64,000 bases of DNA from Mantamonas sphyraenae STR306 (Eukaryota; Protista; CRuMs). Both the position numbers and the translations under genes were made by a program. This document shows positions 34,526 through 48,100 of this stretch, piece by piece. Below the pieces are notes generated by a model. It did not search any database. It had not been told where the DNA came from and saw only the letters and a list, made by a program, of their open reading frames with translations. The stretch spans positions 62,001 through 126,000 of the forward strand of contig JAPMXV010000071.1 of assembly GCA_026936335.1 (NCBI GenBank), given 5' to 3'. Within the stretch, counting starts at the first letter, position 1; each line of letters begins with the position of its first letter.

Positions 34526-36688
34526 TCACTTTCGTGATGCCTCCTCCAGCAAATCAATCAAATCTTGCTTCTTCGCTTTGGACGGGGCCTTGATCCCCTC
34601 TGCCGCCAAGATGTCTTTCAGCTCAGCCACCTTGAGCTTCTTCAGCGTCCCACTGGCTGCCATCGCCCTCCAGTCGGGCAGATCGCCGTCGTCGCCGCTG
34701 CCTGCTGTGCGTTGGCGCTTTGCGTCGCCTCCGCTGCGACTGCTGCTGCTGCTGCTGCTGCTGGCTGCATCTCGCGACCTCTTGCTGCCTGTGACCATGC
34801 CTCCATCCACCCATGCGTCGTCGCCCATTGTGCTCACTGCAAAGTGTTTGATGTCGTCTGCGGCCTTGGTCGACATGTACTCGTGATCCGGCAGCGTCAG
34901 GTCCTCCAGCTCCTGCACGGGCTGATTGAGCGCCATTGCCTGCAACGAGGCGTAAAACATCTGCAGTCCCGGGTTTTCAAAGTCATTGCTGTCAAACGGC
35001 CTGCTCAGTGTCTTGATCATGCGCTTGGCGTACACAATCTGCTCCTGCGTCGCAGCAGGCTTGCCGTGGTGCCTCTTGATGTCCAACTTGCGCACGTCGT
35101 CGTTGTAGGGCAGCTGTACCACCCAAAAGCCCGCAGGCTCCACTTGCACGCCGTCCTCATCCTTCTCCTCTGCCTGGGGCACCAGCGCGGCAAACACGGG
35201 TTGCGACGACTTGCTGCGGATCATGCGACACACGGCAAGCTTGTCCAGACTGAGCATCTTGGCATGCAGCGCATGGAATGCCACTGTGGACCCCTGCACC
35301 ACATCCTCTGCAGGGTAGGCAAAGTACGCGTGTCGCAGATTGTACTTCAGCTTCAATGCGCTGCGGTCCTTGAAGCCCATCAGCTCCAGACCCGGCGACC
35401 CAAAGTTCTTGATGCTGTTGAGCTCGTCCTTGGTGAAGCGCACGTCCATGCCTCCGTACGGATAGTAGTAGACAAAGTCGTCGCGGGTCAGTGTCGCCCC
35501 TGTTTCGGCGCACAGTTCGCGCGTTTGGATCTTGACTCGCTCGTTGTCCTTTTGGGACAACCACACGTGGCTGCGCTTGGTGGCACTCTGCATCAGGTTG
35601 TACAGCTTGATGCCCATGCCCAGCTTGCCTCCAATGTTCAGCGGCAGGACGCCCAGCGTCCGCTTCTTGTATTCGCGCATGCGGATTCGGTTTTGCAGGT
35701 CCTTGATGTGTTGTGTGCCCGTCACATTGAGGATTTCCGACGCGTCCACGCCTTCGGGCAGTGTCACCACGTCCGCGTAAAAGTGGCCTGCATCAAAGGT
35801 CTGGCCCTGGCGCGTCTGCATAAAGAACGGCTGCAGGTCGATGTCCAGCTCGGACAGATCCTTTGCACGCTGGCTGGCTTGTCGTTTCAGTTGTGCGTTG
35901 TCCCCGTTTGGATTGTCGTTGTCTGTAAACAACCACACGCGCTTCGTGCCGGGCTTGTGGGTACACGTGGAGAACAGGCTCGATGCCATCCACAATGCGT
36001 AGTGGAACTCAAACGGCCCGTCGCAGTGGCCATACCCTTCGTTCTGGAACGCGTTTGCGTCTGCAAGTGCGGTGCATGTGACATGATGCGTGTGTGTGAG
36101 CTCCCTGTTCCTGGCCTACACGTTTTGTCCACGCTCGCCCCCCGCTCTCCTCACCTTCCAGCTCCCGCATCTTGTTGATGCGCTCGGCTGTGATCACATC
36201 CAGGTCGTGCAACACGTACACGCCAGGGAAGCTGTTCGAGTTGTTGGCCTTGTCCTGCACACGTTCAAACGCGAGCGTGTGTGTGTGCGTGTGTGTGTGT
36301 GAGTGATCAAGTCCTCCAGCCGCCTTGTTTCCGCCGATCTGCACGCGCACCACGCCCTCTTCACCTGCCCATCCCCCACTCCATCACTCACCGTTCCATA
36401 CAACACCACCGACACCAGGTCGTTGTCCGACGAAATGATCTTGTCCTCCATCAGCAGGCGAACGGCCGACACCGCCTGCACAAACGCGCTCTTCTCGCCC
36501 TGCACGGGCGTCTCAAACATGGACGGCGAGCAGTCGATCAGTGCGACAATGCCGTCCCTTTGAGTGGCACGGTAGAACTTGCCCTTGTCCTCGTCGTCGC
36601 CTCCGCCACCGCCAAAGTCAAAGTCGTCGCCGTCCATCCAGAACGGCGTGTCGTTGTCAGCACCGGATGAAGAAGAAGAGGACGACAT
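34526..36688 (-). CDS. XRCC6: Ku70 (vWA, Ku core, SAP); 2 introns
   Basis: DGIVALIDCSPSMF, KIISSDNDLVSVVLYGT, KRVWLFTDNDNP, LMGFK, LPYNDDVR, FENPGLQ, SAP LKKLKVAELK. Confidence 0.95.
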
Positions 36689-36796
36689 GGCGCAAACTGT
36701 GGGTGGGGTTCAATCAGGTGAAAGCGGAGAGTGTTGTCACACCACAGGAAATCTGCTGGATCACCCTGCGCCTCCCTCGGCACACAAACACAAAAA

Positions 36797-38117
36797 ATGT
36801 CCACGCCAGAGTCGCCAGGCAGCGACGAGGGCGGTAGCGGACGCGAGGGAAGCAGTTCCATGTCAGCGTCCGCGTATGCAAGCGAAGAGATGTTGGCCAA
36901 TGCGGTGGACAGTGTGGAAGGCGAGCTGTTGTTTGAACTGGACGAGCTGCACGACTGGTCCAAGCAGAACCGCACCCTTGTGGACGAAAGCAATGTCGAC
37001 CAACAGGTGCGCAGGCGCATCTGGAGTGGCCGTGTGCCCGTGGTGTTTCGTCTGCACCCGGATGACCTTGCCAGCAACGAGAAACCTGCCCCGATGATGG
37101 TAACCCTCTCCCCAACGCACAGAAGATTTCGCAGCCTCCAAAACAACCACCGCCCACGCTCACACTCTGTGTCCGCACGCCCCCCCCCCCCCCCTACGCT
37201 GTTGTTCATGGCCCGTATGATCGGTGAATCTGTGCTGTGCACGTACAATCCACACGCCGTCGACACACCAGGTCATGGTTCCTCGCACGATGTACTTTCC
37301 CATGTTCTTTGCCAAGCTCGGCAGCCACTTTGCCCGCTTTGTGCCGTCGATCAGCACCGAGGTGTGGTTGGAGTACGCCAATACGCCCGTCAAGTGGCAT
37401 TTGCCCGTGGGTCTGCTCTACGACCTCATGGCAGGTCCAGACACGCTGCCGTGGGAACTCTTTGTCCATTTCCAGGGCCAGCCCGACTCTCTGCTCGCCT
37501 CACCGTCCATGCAGACCCTCTCCTGGCACTATGTGTCCACCATCAAAGAGGCCGACTACATCAAGAATGGCTCCACACGCAAAATCATGTCGCTGTCCAA
37601 GAACGACCAAGAGTCGCTGTGGAACGGCGTGTGCACCGCAGACTACGACGCCTTTTGGGCCGTCAACGACGTGCTGTGCAGCAACCCTCTCAAGTACAAA
37701 ATGTTGCCCATGCGTGTGTACACATCGCAATCCTCCTGGCGCCAGCGTGCTGTTGAACCAACCGTGAGCGACGAAAACACTCCGCGCTCCCTGTTTGCCG
37801 CCCTCCAAGTGTTTCTCCCAGAGGTCTTTGTCGATGAGGAAACAGACACACAGAGCATGGATGCAGACACAGACACAGACACAGACACAGACACGGATAC
37901 GGATGCAAAGGGCAAGCAGGCGAGCAAATCAACCTCGCAACACGGCGGCGTCGTGCCGGCCTCTGTCAGCACACACCGCGTCTTTGTACAAGGCGTCGAG
38001 GTGCCCCTGGACACACCCATCACATGGCTCTACCAGCACACCAGCTACCCTGACAATTTTCTCCACGTGGCTGTGGTGGCCGTCGCCGTGGACGACAAAA
38101 AGACATGGGCCAGGTGA
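36797..38117 (+). CDS. ATG5: Autophagy protein ATG5; intron ~37100-37271
   Basis: IWSGRVPV, KWHLPVGLLYDL, IKEADYIKNG, QGVEVPLDTP, YPDNFLHV. Confidence 0.93.
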
Positions 38118-38276
38118 CCGACTCTCCAGAGGAGAGTGGAGAGTAAAGGGGATTGTTGTGAAGGGGAAGCAACACGATTGAAGCATGGATTGGGGTTTCA
38201 TTGTGCAATGCACTGCACTGCCCAAGCTCGGGCCCGACCACCCAATCACTTTCCTCCTCCTCCTCTTCGGATTTCC

Positions 38277-39949
38277 ATGTTTGCACGAGCTACACGCACT
38301 AGCACAGGTGTGGTCCAACGCCTGGGTCTGGCCGCCATGGCCTCACACAACAGCGTCCAGGCGCTGTCCACGTCGGCTGTGGTCGACAAGTCGGCGGTAG
38401 GTTTTGTGACGTCGCTCTCGTTGTCTCACAACCCGGACTCCGAACCTGCGCAGACACCGCTGTTCGGCAAGGGCAGAGCACCACTGCCCACCCATGCATG
38501 CACCCATGTCCAACAAGCTTCCGTGTATGTCTGCATGCACTCCAATCTGCCGCGCGGGTCTCTGTGTGCCCGCACAGAGGCCCTGTGAAATGCGAGCATC
38601 CCTCTCGTCCCGCACGGAGAGTTTCTGCCCCCCCCCAACGCCCCCGTTGCCAGCTCATGTGTGCGAGCGCTGCGCACATCGCAGGCGAGATGACAGACGC
38701 AGCATAGACGGCAAGAGACTGACACGACACACACATGGATGCACACGAACGGCTTTCACAGGGCTTCCGCGACGAGCTGCCGGGTTTGGTGGAAAAGGCC
38801 AAGCTGGGCGGCGGCAAAGAACGCCTTGCCAAGCAGCACGAGAAGAACAAGCTGACGGCACGCGAGCGCATCGATGTGTTCCTTGACGACGGCAGCTTCC
38901 GCGAGTTTGACATGTTCAAGACGCACCGCTGCACCGACTTTGGCATGGAGAAGAAGCAGTACGCCGGCGACGGCGTGGTGACGGGCCAGGGCACCGTCAA
39001 CGGCAAACCAGTCTTTCTCTTCTCCCAGGACTTTACCGTGTTTGGTGGTTCGCTGTCCGAGACGCATGCCGAGAAGATCTGCAAGGTGATGGACAAGGCC
39101 ATGCTTGTGGGTGCACCGGTGATTGGCCTCAACGATTCGGGCGGCGCACGCATCCAGGAGGGAGTGTCGTCGCTGGCAGGCTATGCCGAGGTGTTCCAGC
39201 GCAACGTGATGGCCAGTGGCGTGGTGCCCCAGATTTCCATGATCATGGGCCCCTGCGCAGGAGGTGCGGTGTACTCGCCGGCCATCACCGACTTTGTCTT
39301 TATGGTGCAGAACACGTCGCACATGTTCATCACGGGTCCCGACGTGGTCAAGACGGTCACCAACGAGGAGGTGACGTTTGAGCAGCTTGGAGGCGCCAAC
39401 ACGCACGCCAAGAAGTCGGGTGTGGCCCACGGCACGTTTGAGAACGAGGTGGAGGCCCTGCTGCAGCTGCGTCGCTTTGTCTCCTTCCTTCCCTCGTCCA
39501 ACCGCGACGAGCCGCCCATGCGTCCCACCAACGACACACGCAGCCGCCTGGCCGAGGATCTGGATGCGATTGTGCCCACGGATCAGACCACGGCCTACAA
39601 CATCAAAGACGTGGTCGCCAAGGTGGTGGACGAGGCCGACTTTTTCGAAATCATGCCCACGTACGCACGCAACATTGTGGTGGGCATGGCCCGCATGGAG
39701 GGACGCACCGTCGGCGTGGTGGCCAACCAGCCCACGGAATTGGCTGGATGCTTGGACATCGACGCCAGCGTCAAGGCTGCCCGCTTTGTCCGCTTCTGCG
39801 ATGCCTTCAACATTCCCCTGCTCACGTTTGTGGACGTGCCGGGCTTCCTGCCGGGCACGGGCCAGGAACACAACGGCATCATCCGCCACGGCGCCAAGCT
39901 GCTCTACGCGTACGCCGAGGCCACCGTGCCCAAGCTCACCGTCATCACT

Positions 39950-39982
<33 letters not shown>

Positions 39983-40276
39983 AGCTCCAAGCACCTGCGT
40001 GGCGACGTCAACTACGCTTGGCCCAGCGCAGAAATTGCCGTGATGGGTGCCAAGGGTGCCGTGGAGATCATCTTCCGTGGCCAGGACGACCTTGCCAAGC
40101 ATGAGGCCGAGTATGTGCGCAAGTTTGCCAACCCCATGAGCGCCGCTCAGCGAGGCTTTGTGGACGACATTATCCGCCCGGCCACCACTCGCCAGCGTCT
40201 GTGCGAGGACCTGGAGATCCTTCGCACCAAGCAGCTGGAGAACCCGTGGAAGAAGCACGGCAACATCCCGCTGTAA
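38277..40276 (+). CDS. PCCB: Propionyl-CoA carboxylase beta chain, mitochondrial; intron 38397-38761
   Basis: Presequence MFARATR..; [55 protein letters not shown]. Confidence 0.96.
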
Positions 40277-40507
40277 ACGCACACAAAATGGAAATGAATT
40301 GAATGCAAAAAAAAAAGGCCTGCCTGCTTCCTGCTTGATTTGTGGGTGTTCCAGATGGCCAGGGGCCACAGACGGGCGTTTGGGAGAAAAAAAGGGGGGG
40401 CCGATTTGCAAGAAATGCAACGTGTTGTGCTGTGTCGATGGCAATGGCAAGCGAGGGCAAAAGGTCACATGGAGAGACAAGGCATGGTGGTGATTTTTGA
40501 TTGGTCA

Positions 40508-41425
40508 TCAGTGGCCCGGGTTGTGGCCACAGGCGTTGCCAAAGATGGGGTGCAGTTTGTTGAGATAGGGAAAGAGGTCGATGCCCAGGTAGTAGCCGTG
40601 GTCAATGATGGAGGGCAGGAAAGGATGGTCGTAGTGCTCGGCGTTGGGAAGGACCAGCACAGTTCCATTCTTGAGGATTTGATGGAGAGTGGGCACATGC
40701 TCGTAGCCCATGGCGGTGAGAGGGACCATGGGCACAATGTCCGCCCAGTTGACATAGCGCTGGGTGGGGAACTGGTCCTTGTACCACGCAGCACTGGCCG
40801 GGTTGAATGTACGCGGTGCACCGTAGGTGAGGTGTTCGTGCACGTCAAAGCCGGCGTTCTGGACAAAGGCGCAGGCGAGGTTGCTGATGGCAGCGCCCAG
40901 GCTGTGGCCGGTCACCGTCAGGCGGTAGGTGCCGTACTGCTGGCTCACCTGGGCAACTGCAGCACGCAACGTCGGGATGAGCGCGTCCTTGAGCGAGTCG
41001 TACGCCTTCTGGAAGCCTTGCTCGACCTTGCAGCCGTCGCAAAAGGGGTAGTCCACAAACTCAAACTGGAAATCCTCGGCCCAGTTGGTCCAGGACAGCG
41101 GCTCGGTGCCACGGAACACCAGCACCACAGACTCGTTCTTGGTGGCAATGTAGAACAGGTTCTCGCGTCCACTGCCACTCTTGAAGGGCTTCCCAAACAG
41201 CGTGTATCCGGAGGCGTTGCACACCTCGCACGTCCACGTCTCAATGGCCGCGGGCGGACAGTACGACACTGCCGCCAGTCCCATGATTGTCTTTGCATGG
41301 CTTTCGTCCTCGTTGGCATTGTACGAGGCCTCCACAGGCTGCGTGCAGCTAACCAGCAGCACCGCCGTCACCGCAAGCACCACCAGCGTGCTCATCGTCG
41401 CTCCACTTGCATGAGTCTGTGTCAT
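40508..41425 (-). CDS. Secreted class 3 lipase
   Basis: Signal peptide, VFRGT, GHSLG, TYGAPR, DIVPMVP, DHGYY. Confidence 0.92.
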   Translation of the reverse strand: MTQTHASGATMSTLVVLAVTAVLLVSCTQPVEASYNANEDESHAKTIMGLAAVSYCPPAAIETWTCEVCNASGYTLFGKPFKSGSGRENLFYIATKNESVVLVFRGTEPLSWTNWAEDFQFEFVDYPFCDGCKVEQGFQKAYDSLKDALIPTLRAAVAQVSQQYGTYRLTVTGHSLGAAISNLACAFVQNAGFDVHEHLTYGAPRTFNPASAAWYKDQFPTQRYVNWADIVPMVPLTAMGYEHVPTLHQILKNGTVLVLPNAEHYDHPFLPSIIDHGYYLGIDLFPYLNKLHPIFGNACGHNPGH

Positions 41426-41569
41426 CGTCGCAACCAGTGGTGGATGGCGTGTCCCTTTCAGTTGGTGTGGTTGGGGGAGGGGGGAGAGAGAGGCTGGAAC
41501 CGGTGGCGTTTGCGAAGCGGACTGGACGCGGAGCAAGACACCGAAACCCGATATTGTTTGCGCCCCACC

Positions 41570-44181
41570 ATGTCACGCGCAGTGATGCTGGACAGCGACT
41601 CTGACTCGTCGGACGACGAGTCGATGGTGCTGCAGGCCAACACGGACGCAGGTGGCCAGATGAAGCAGACGGCGCTGTTTATGGACGACTCTGACTCGTC
41701 GGACGACGAGGACGACGCAGCCCTCTTGCAGGCCCAGGCTCAGGCTCAGGCTCAAGCACAGCAGCGGTTGATGCTGCAGGATGATGACTCGAGCAGTGAC
41801 GACGAAGCACAGGCTGATGAGGCCCAAGAGGCTCAGGAGGAGTCGAAAGAAGGGGCGACGGAGGGCGGAGCACAAGTTACCTTCCAAAACGACGACGACT
41901 CGTCGGACTGGGAGAACACTGGCAACCAGGCGGGCGGACAGACACAGGCAGAGGAGGAGGAGGAGGAGGGTGAGCAAGAGAAGGGTGCACAGGCAAAGGT
42001 GGTGGAGGAGGACGTGTCGGACGACGAAGACGGCGACGAAGCAGACACTTTGCCAGCGTCAGAGATTGCGCACGCAGACAACGGCGACGCGACAGCCACG
42101 GAGGATGCGCAGGGCCAGGAGACGGATGTGGATGTTGGCCAAGCACAGGATGAGCCCATCCAGCAGGAAGATGAGGCGGACAAAGGTGAGGTGGCAGGGA
42201 CGGAGGCAACGGAAGAGGGTGCGCCAACGGAAGCCGGGGATGAAGAAGGGGAAAACGGAGCAAGCGAGGCGCAGGAAGAGAGCGGCGAAGCAGAAGCAAC
42301 ACAGACGCAGAGTACGGATGGCAATGACACAGCAGATGGGGAGGATGGAGGCGAGGTGACGCAGCAGGAACAGGAAGAGAAGGTGGAAGAGGAAAACCAT
42401 CGCATGACGGTGCGCACGCAGGCCATCCAGAACCTGCAGAGGTCGCGCGAGGACGAGGTGCAACCAGAGATGGATGAGCTGGACTCGCTGCTGGCAGGCG
42501 AGATGGAGGCGGCGGAGAAGGAGGTGAACGAGCGCAAGGAGTATGTGGAACAGAGGAAGCAGCACGCGGCGGCCGAGACGGCAAGGCTGCAAGCAGAAGC
42601 AGCGAGCGTAGAGGTGACAGTGTCCACCACGGAGGAGGAGGAAGAGGATGAGAAGACACAAGAAGCAGTGGCCACACCAAAGGTGGAGGAAAACGCAGGG
42701 GCAGGAGGGGGCCTGCAGGCGCAGGAAGACGAGGGGGAGAGGACCAAGAGTCCGGCAAGGCGAAGCCCACGCAAGATGCGACAGGCATCGACAGACGGAG
42801 GAGAGTTGGCACCGAGGACGGCAAGCAGGGCGCGACGCAAGGAGAGGACGCGCACAAAGAGCAAGAAGAACAAGTACGCCAAATGGGTGAACGAGATGCT
42901 GTTTACGGCGCAGGAGTGTGGCGCGATGGATGTGCAGCTGGATGGGGCCAGCGACTACGACACGGTGTGGACAGTGCTGCACTCACCCTACCTGTACGTG
43001 GCCAAAAGCTCGGACCAGGAAAGCTGGGACGACCGCGTGCTCATCGACCTGGGCACGACGGTGACACTGGTCAAGGACACCAAGCAGGCCAGTTCCGAGT
43101 ACCAACGCACAGGCGAGGAGTACATCGAGCTGAACACCAACGCAAGCGGCAAGGTGTTGATCCGCCCGGCCTCGAGCGACTCGCGCACGGGCGACGTGCT
43201 CATGAGTGTGCTGGAGCACTGGTGTGGCTCGTTGACGAAAATCATTGCGCAGGTGGAGCAGCAGAACAACAACCCGATTGTGCGCGAGGGCGAAATGACC
43301 GAGTTTGGTTCGGGCAGCCCCGTGTACTTTGTCCTCCAGGGCTTTCTGCTCAAGTACAAGCGCAAGAAGACGAGCAAGAAGTACTCGGGTTCCATCGACC
43401 TGCGCAAGGCACACATGTGGGAGCACGACGATGCCAACCCCAACGCCTGGGAGATCCAGACCGTCCTCAACGAATCCTACATTCTCGTGTGCCGCTCGCC
43501 CATGGAACGCAAGGAGTGGATGGACGCCGTCAGCGAACACATCAGCAGCCGCTGCACGGAATTGCGCTTCCAAAAGGCACGCGCCGACCAGGCCAAGGCG
43601 GAGCGCGAGGCGGCAAGCAGCAGCAAGTCGAGCAGCACTCAGGACGACGCGTCGGAGGGCACAAAGGGAGGCGAGGAGGAGAAGAAGGAGGATGTGGAGG
43701 TGAAGGTGGCCACGTACGATGTCCTGGAAGCCGAAACAGTGGTGTTGGAGGGCTATCTGACCAAGAAGAAGAAGAAGGAAAAGAGTTCGCTGTTCTCCAG
43801 CGGCAACAAGAAGCGGTTCTGCAAGCTGGTGCAAGGCAAGCTGTCGTACTACAAGGCCAAGGGGGACAGCACACCTGCGGGTGAGTTGTACCTGAAGGGC
43901 AGCTCGCTGCGCGACGGCGGCGCCGACTCGAGCTTTGAGTTGAACGTGGCCGAGGACGGCGTCACGTACGATTTTGGCACGTCGGACAACACGGAAAAGG
44001 CACGCTGGTTCCGTGTGCTCACAAAGTACATCGAGTGGATGGAGGCTGGCATGTCGGGCTCCAAGCTGGCCACCGCCGGCTTCTACTACGCCAAGGCCGT
44101 GGCCAACAACACCCAATCCGACTTTGCCCTGGACGACAACGGCATGGTGATCATACCGGGCAGTGGGACGGCAGGAGCGTC

Positions 44182-44215
<34 letters not shown>

Positions 44216-45016
44216 TCGTCCTCCGCGGCGTCATCCTCCTCCGGATCCTCTGCGTCGTCGACGGCATCCAAGCCGGTGGCGGAGGACATGGGCAAGCTGA
44301 TCGAGGGTCAGCTGGGCAAAAAGAAAAAGACGAGCAAGAGTGCGTTTGGAAGCAAGTGGAAGAGCAGGTACTGCTGCGTGCAGGGACGGCTGTTTCTGTA
44401 CTACAAGTCGCAAGATGAAGCGATGCCGCTGGGCTTCCTGAACCTGGAGGAGGCGACGGTGGACGAGGGCCGCGAGTTCAAAGTGTTTGAACTCAGCGTG
44501 GAGTCGGAGAACCAAGTGTACGAGTTCCAGACCGAGACGCCGCAGGAGCGCAACCGATGGATGGCCACCCTGAGCGAACACATCCAACAGCTGAAAGAAG
44601 GCGCAAAGGCCTCGCAGGTGAAGGTGTCTGAAGACGGCCAGGTCTCCTTTGACGCAAACGACTTTGACCTGGAAGTGATCACACGCTACTTCCTGGACAG
44701 CCGCGGGGACATTGCAGGCGCAGCACAGATTCGCGACTCGCGCAAGTCGTCCAACAGCTGGCAGGAGCGCTACCTGATCCTGTACCGGAGCACACTGTAT
44801 GTGTTTGCCAACGATGGCGCGCGAAGGCCCGAACTGCAGCTGGATATCGACCACGCTCTGTTGCTGCCTGCCGACGACGTCACACCCACCTGTCTCGAGC
44901 TCAAGACCAAGGGCCACGTTAACCTGCACCTCGAGTTTGGCAACAGCCAGGCCCATGCCAACTGGAAGCGTTTCTTGGACCAAGGCGCGGGAATCAAGCA
45001 GCCGTTCCTGGTGTGA
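41570..45016 (+). CDS. Multi-PH-domain protein (about 5 PH) with a long acidic N-terminus
   Basis: Repeated PH signatures (EGYLTKK..KKRFCKL..YYK; EGQLGKK..WKSRYC; ERKEWMDAV; ERNRWM; WQERYLIL). Confidence 0.85.
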
Positions 45017-45123
45017 GGGTGGTGAAGCAATGAAGCTGAAGCTGTTGAGTTGTGCGCGCTCTGTGCCCAAACAACCACATTTTCGCCAACCAGCCCACAC
45101 AGAGGCATCACACAACAAAGCAC

Positions 45124-48100
45124 ATGGCCACACCAGAAGACTTGGAACAGCCTGCAGCGTTGGCGCGGTTGTTGGCCAAGGGCGGCGTGTCGCCTCTGCA
45201 AAAGGCAACGTCGACGCTGCATCTGCTCGAGTTTTCGCCCTTCCGGACAAAGAAGGAGGAGAAGCCAAGGGGAAACATGCGTGGCATTTTGGCATCGCAG
45301 ACAACCATGCGCAAACTGATTGGACGTGTGCGACCTGTGCAGAAGAGCAAGCTGTCGGACGCAGAGCTGGCGGACATTCTCGTGGAATCGTACAATCCGG
45401 CGTCCATCATGGATGCATTGAGCAACCTGTGCAGTGAAGTGACACCCAGTGGGCGGGCGTCACGCATGCCCAGTCTCATTCGCAAGGCAAAGTTTGAAAA
45501 CCAGATGGAGGAGGTGTTGCGTCAGGAACGGCGGCTCTTGGAACACAAGCGGCGGCTGCTGCTGATCAAGAGGCGGAGGGAGCGCGCAACATGGTACGAG
45601 GCCGAGGCAGCACGCAAGAAACGAGAGCACGAAGAGCGAATGCGCAAGATGTACGGCTACGTAAAGGAGGCTGTGGATGGCGCCAAGCTGGCAACGGACG
45701 AAACGGCGGGGGAAGGGGAAACGGGACAGGAGGAGGAGGACGACAACATTTCAGACAGCGAGCTGCATGACCTGGACTACGACGAGCTACTGGAGGACGT
45801 GCAGCCGTATCTGAATGAGGCGGAGCTGGCAGAGAGCGAGGAGATTCGCAGCAAGACTTCGGAAGGGACCAACGCACGCTCGTCGCAGGACGGAGGGGAC
45901 GGAGGTGGACGCAGCGGAGGCCCAGGGACAGAGACACAGTATGAACTGACGCCTCAGCAGCTGGCGTTGAACCAGGAACGCATTGTGTGTCTGATCGGCG
46001 AGGAAGGGTTGGCGAGGCTTTTTGAGCTTCTGGAGCACAGCGACAAGGGCATCCGCAGGCTGGCAGCCAAGCTGCTGGTGTATCTGGCATACAACAATCG
46101 CGACAACCAGGAGCTGATTATGAAGCACAACGGCTTTACGTTTAACGGAGTGAGTTTTTCGGTGTTTGCAACGATCAAATGGCCCCCCCGATTCCCTTTT
46201 ATCGCAAAATTTCGTGGCCGCTAACACTGCACGCGGGGTTGCACAGGTGCGCATTTTCTCGGTGTCACATCGGTTCAAGACACTGTTTGAGTATCTGCTG
46301 TTTACAATGAGCATCCACCTGCACCAGCCACACGGGGCGGGAATGGTGCGGCCAGGCTCTGCTCGAGCGCGTGCGTGGGCGTCGCAGCAGGCAGCACAGA
46401 ACAACGACCCGTTTGTGCAAGCAAGCACAGAGGATTTCCTCGGGTTCCTCAAGGCGCTGGTGTTCATGTACCCACATGGTGCGCCGCTGGACGAGGAGCG
46501 ACACTACGAGGACGACGACCTGCCCATGGACAGGCAGGACGAAGCCGGAGCGTACGATTCGCCGGACGAGGATGGCGACGACGAGTATGGAGGGCACAGA
46601 AGGGGAGGTGCGGGTTCGTCGTCGTCGTCATCGTCGTCGTCGGATGAGGATGACGACGATGACGATGAGCACCACGAGCACAACGGGAAAAAGGAGCAAC
46701 CACTGTGCTGGGTATTTCCACCTGCCAAAGCAGTGTTGTTGGAGAACAGCAGCTCGTTCCCAGACCCGCGGGACCACATGATTGGCTTCTTTGTGGCGGA
46801 GGACCGGAGGAACGGGCGAGCGGGAGACGACGAGGGCGAAGCTCTGGGACAGGAGAGTGGCCATGGACAGGGACGATCAACACTGAGCGAGGGATTGCGT
46901 GCGTTGGGTCTGACCGACGACGTGGCAGCGCAACTGGCCATGTTGTTTCTGCACCAAAGCGTGTGCAACTCGGAGCAGATGTCTGCGGTGCGGCAACAGC
47001 TCGCCATGGAACAGCGCCTGGCACAACGGGCACAGAGTGCATCGTCGCGTCCCACAAGTGCAGTGATGAGGTCGATGGACGGTGAGGAGCACACCCAGGG
47101 AGCAGGTGATCAGCAACGCCAGAGGCCGCGCACAGCGATGCCCATGCATCGAGGCGAGAGCAGTGTGGGGGAAGGTGGAGGCAGCGGCGGAGGGGGTGGA
47201 AGGTATGCACCGGGCGTGCGCATGCATGTGGCACGCATGCAGCAAGGGAGGGAACAGACGCGTGCGATTCACCATCACAAACACGTGCAAAGGCCCAACA
47301 CAGCGGCAGGGCGCATCCAGGACAGGTACGCACACATCGAATCCAAGATCCAACCGCCCACGGGCACGCGTAGGTCGGCGCGGCGGCGCAAGAGGGAGGA
47401 AGAGGCTGCGGCGGCGACGTCGTCTGCCATGTCCAGAAGCAGCCGTGGAGGACACGGAAGCGCGTCGGTGTACAGCTCAAAGACGCGCGAGACAAGCACC
47501 ACGGCGGAGTTGATGCCGCGTCCAGACTCTGCACACAGCTTTGGTAGCATCGGCGACTCGGACGCCAGCTTCGAAGACATTCCTGCGAGCGATGATGAGC
47601 ATGACCACCGCAAGGGTGTGCGGACGACGACGACGACGACGACGACGACGACCACCACCACCACCAGTGCAGACGTGGACTCTGAATCAGACTCTGAAGA
47701 CGAGTACAGCAGCGACGACTTTTCCTCAGTGGACACCGACGACGTGTTGTCGAGCAGCGACGAGGAGGAGAAGGATGAGCAAGATGCAAGGACAACAACA
47801 GCCACAACTGTGGCCACGGAAGCCACGGTGGCCACGCCGACACTGTCGCCGCGATCGCGTCGTGCACGTGTGCGCGCCAAGGTGGATACGGGACGGGGAG
47901 GAGGCACACCTACGACGCCGCTGCTGGGCACAGCTGGAAGCAGCAGCAGCAGCGGGGCAGAAAGTGACAGCAAGATGCGTCTGTCCTTTTTGAGTTCGTT
48001 CACCGGCCAAACAGGGCAACCGAGGTGACGACGGGGCAAGCGTGGCGTCGTCGACGTCGTCCTCATCCCTGGACGACGACGACGTAGACTCGGAACGCAA

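Noticed and set aside
37860-37905. GACACA hexamer repeat in ATG5 and many (TCG)n/(CAG)n/(GAC)n tracts elsewhere
   Set aside because: Ordinary coding microsatellites producing low-complexity linkers throughout this window
38620-38645. CTGCCCCCCCCAAC in the PCCB intron resembles the cobalamin riboswitch 'CTGCCCCCGCAAC' segment, and PCCB feeds a B12-dependent pathway
   Set aside because: The upstream GGGAA and GGTG-AA-TCC elements and the downstream B12 box are not evident, so the similarity is probably just a C-run
40340-41569. First ~410 aa of the 1558-aa ORF
   Set aside because: Antisense to the lipase gene; the likely true start is ATG 41570
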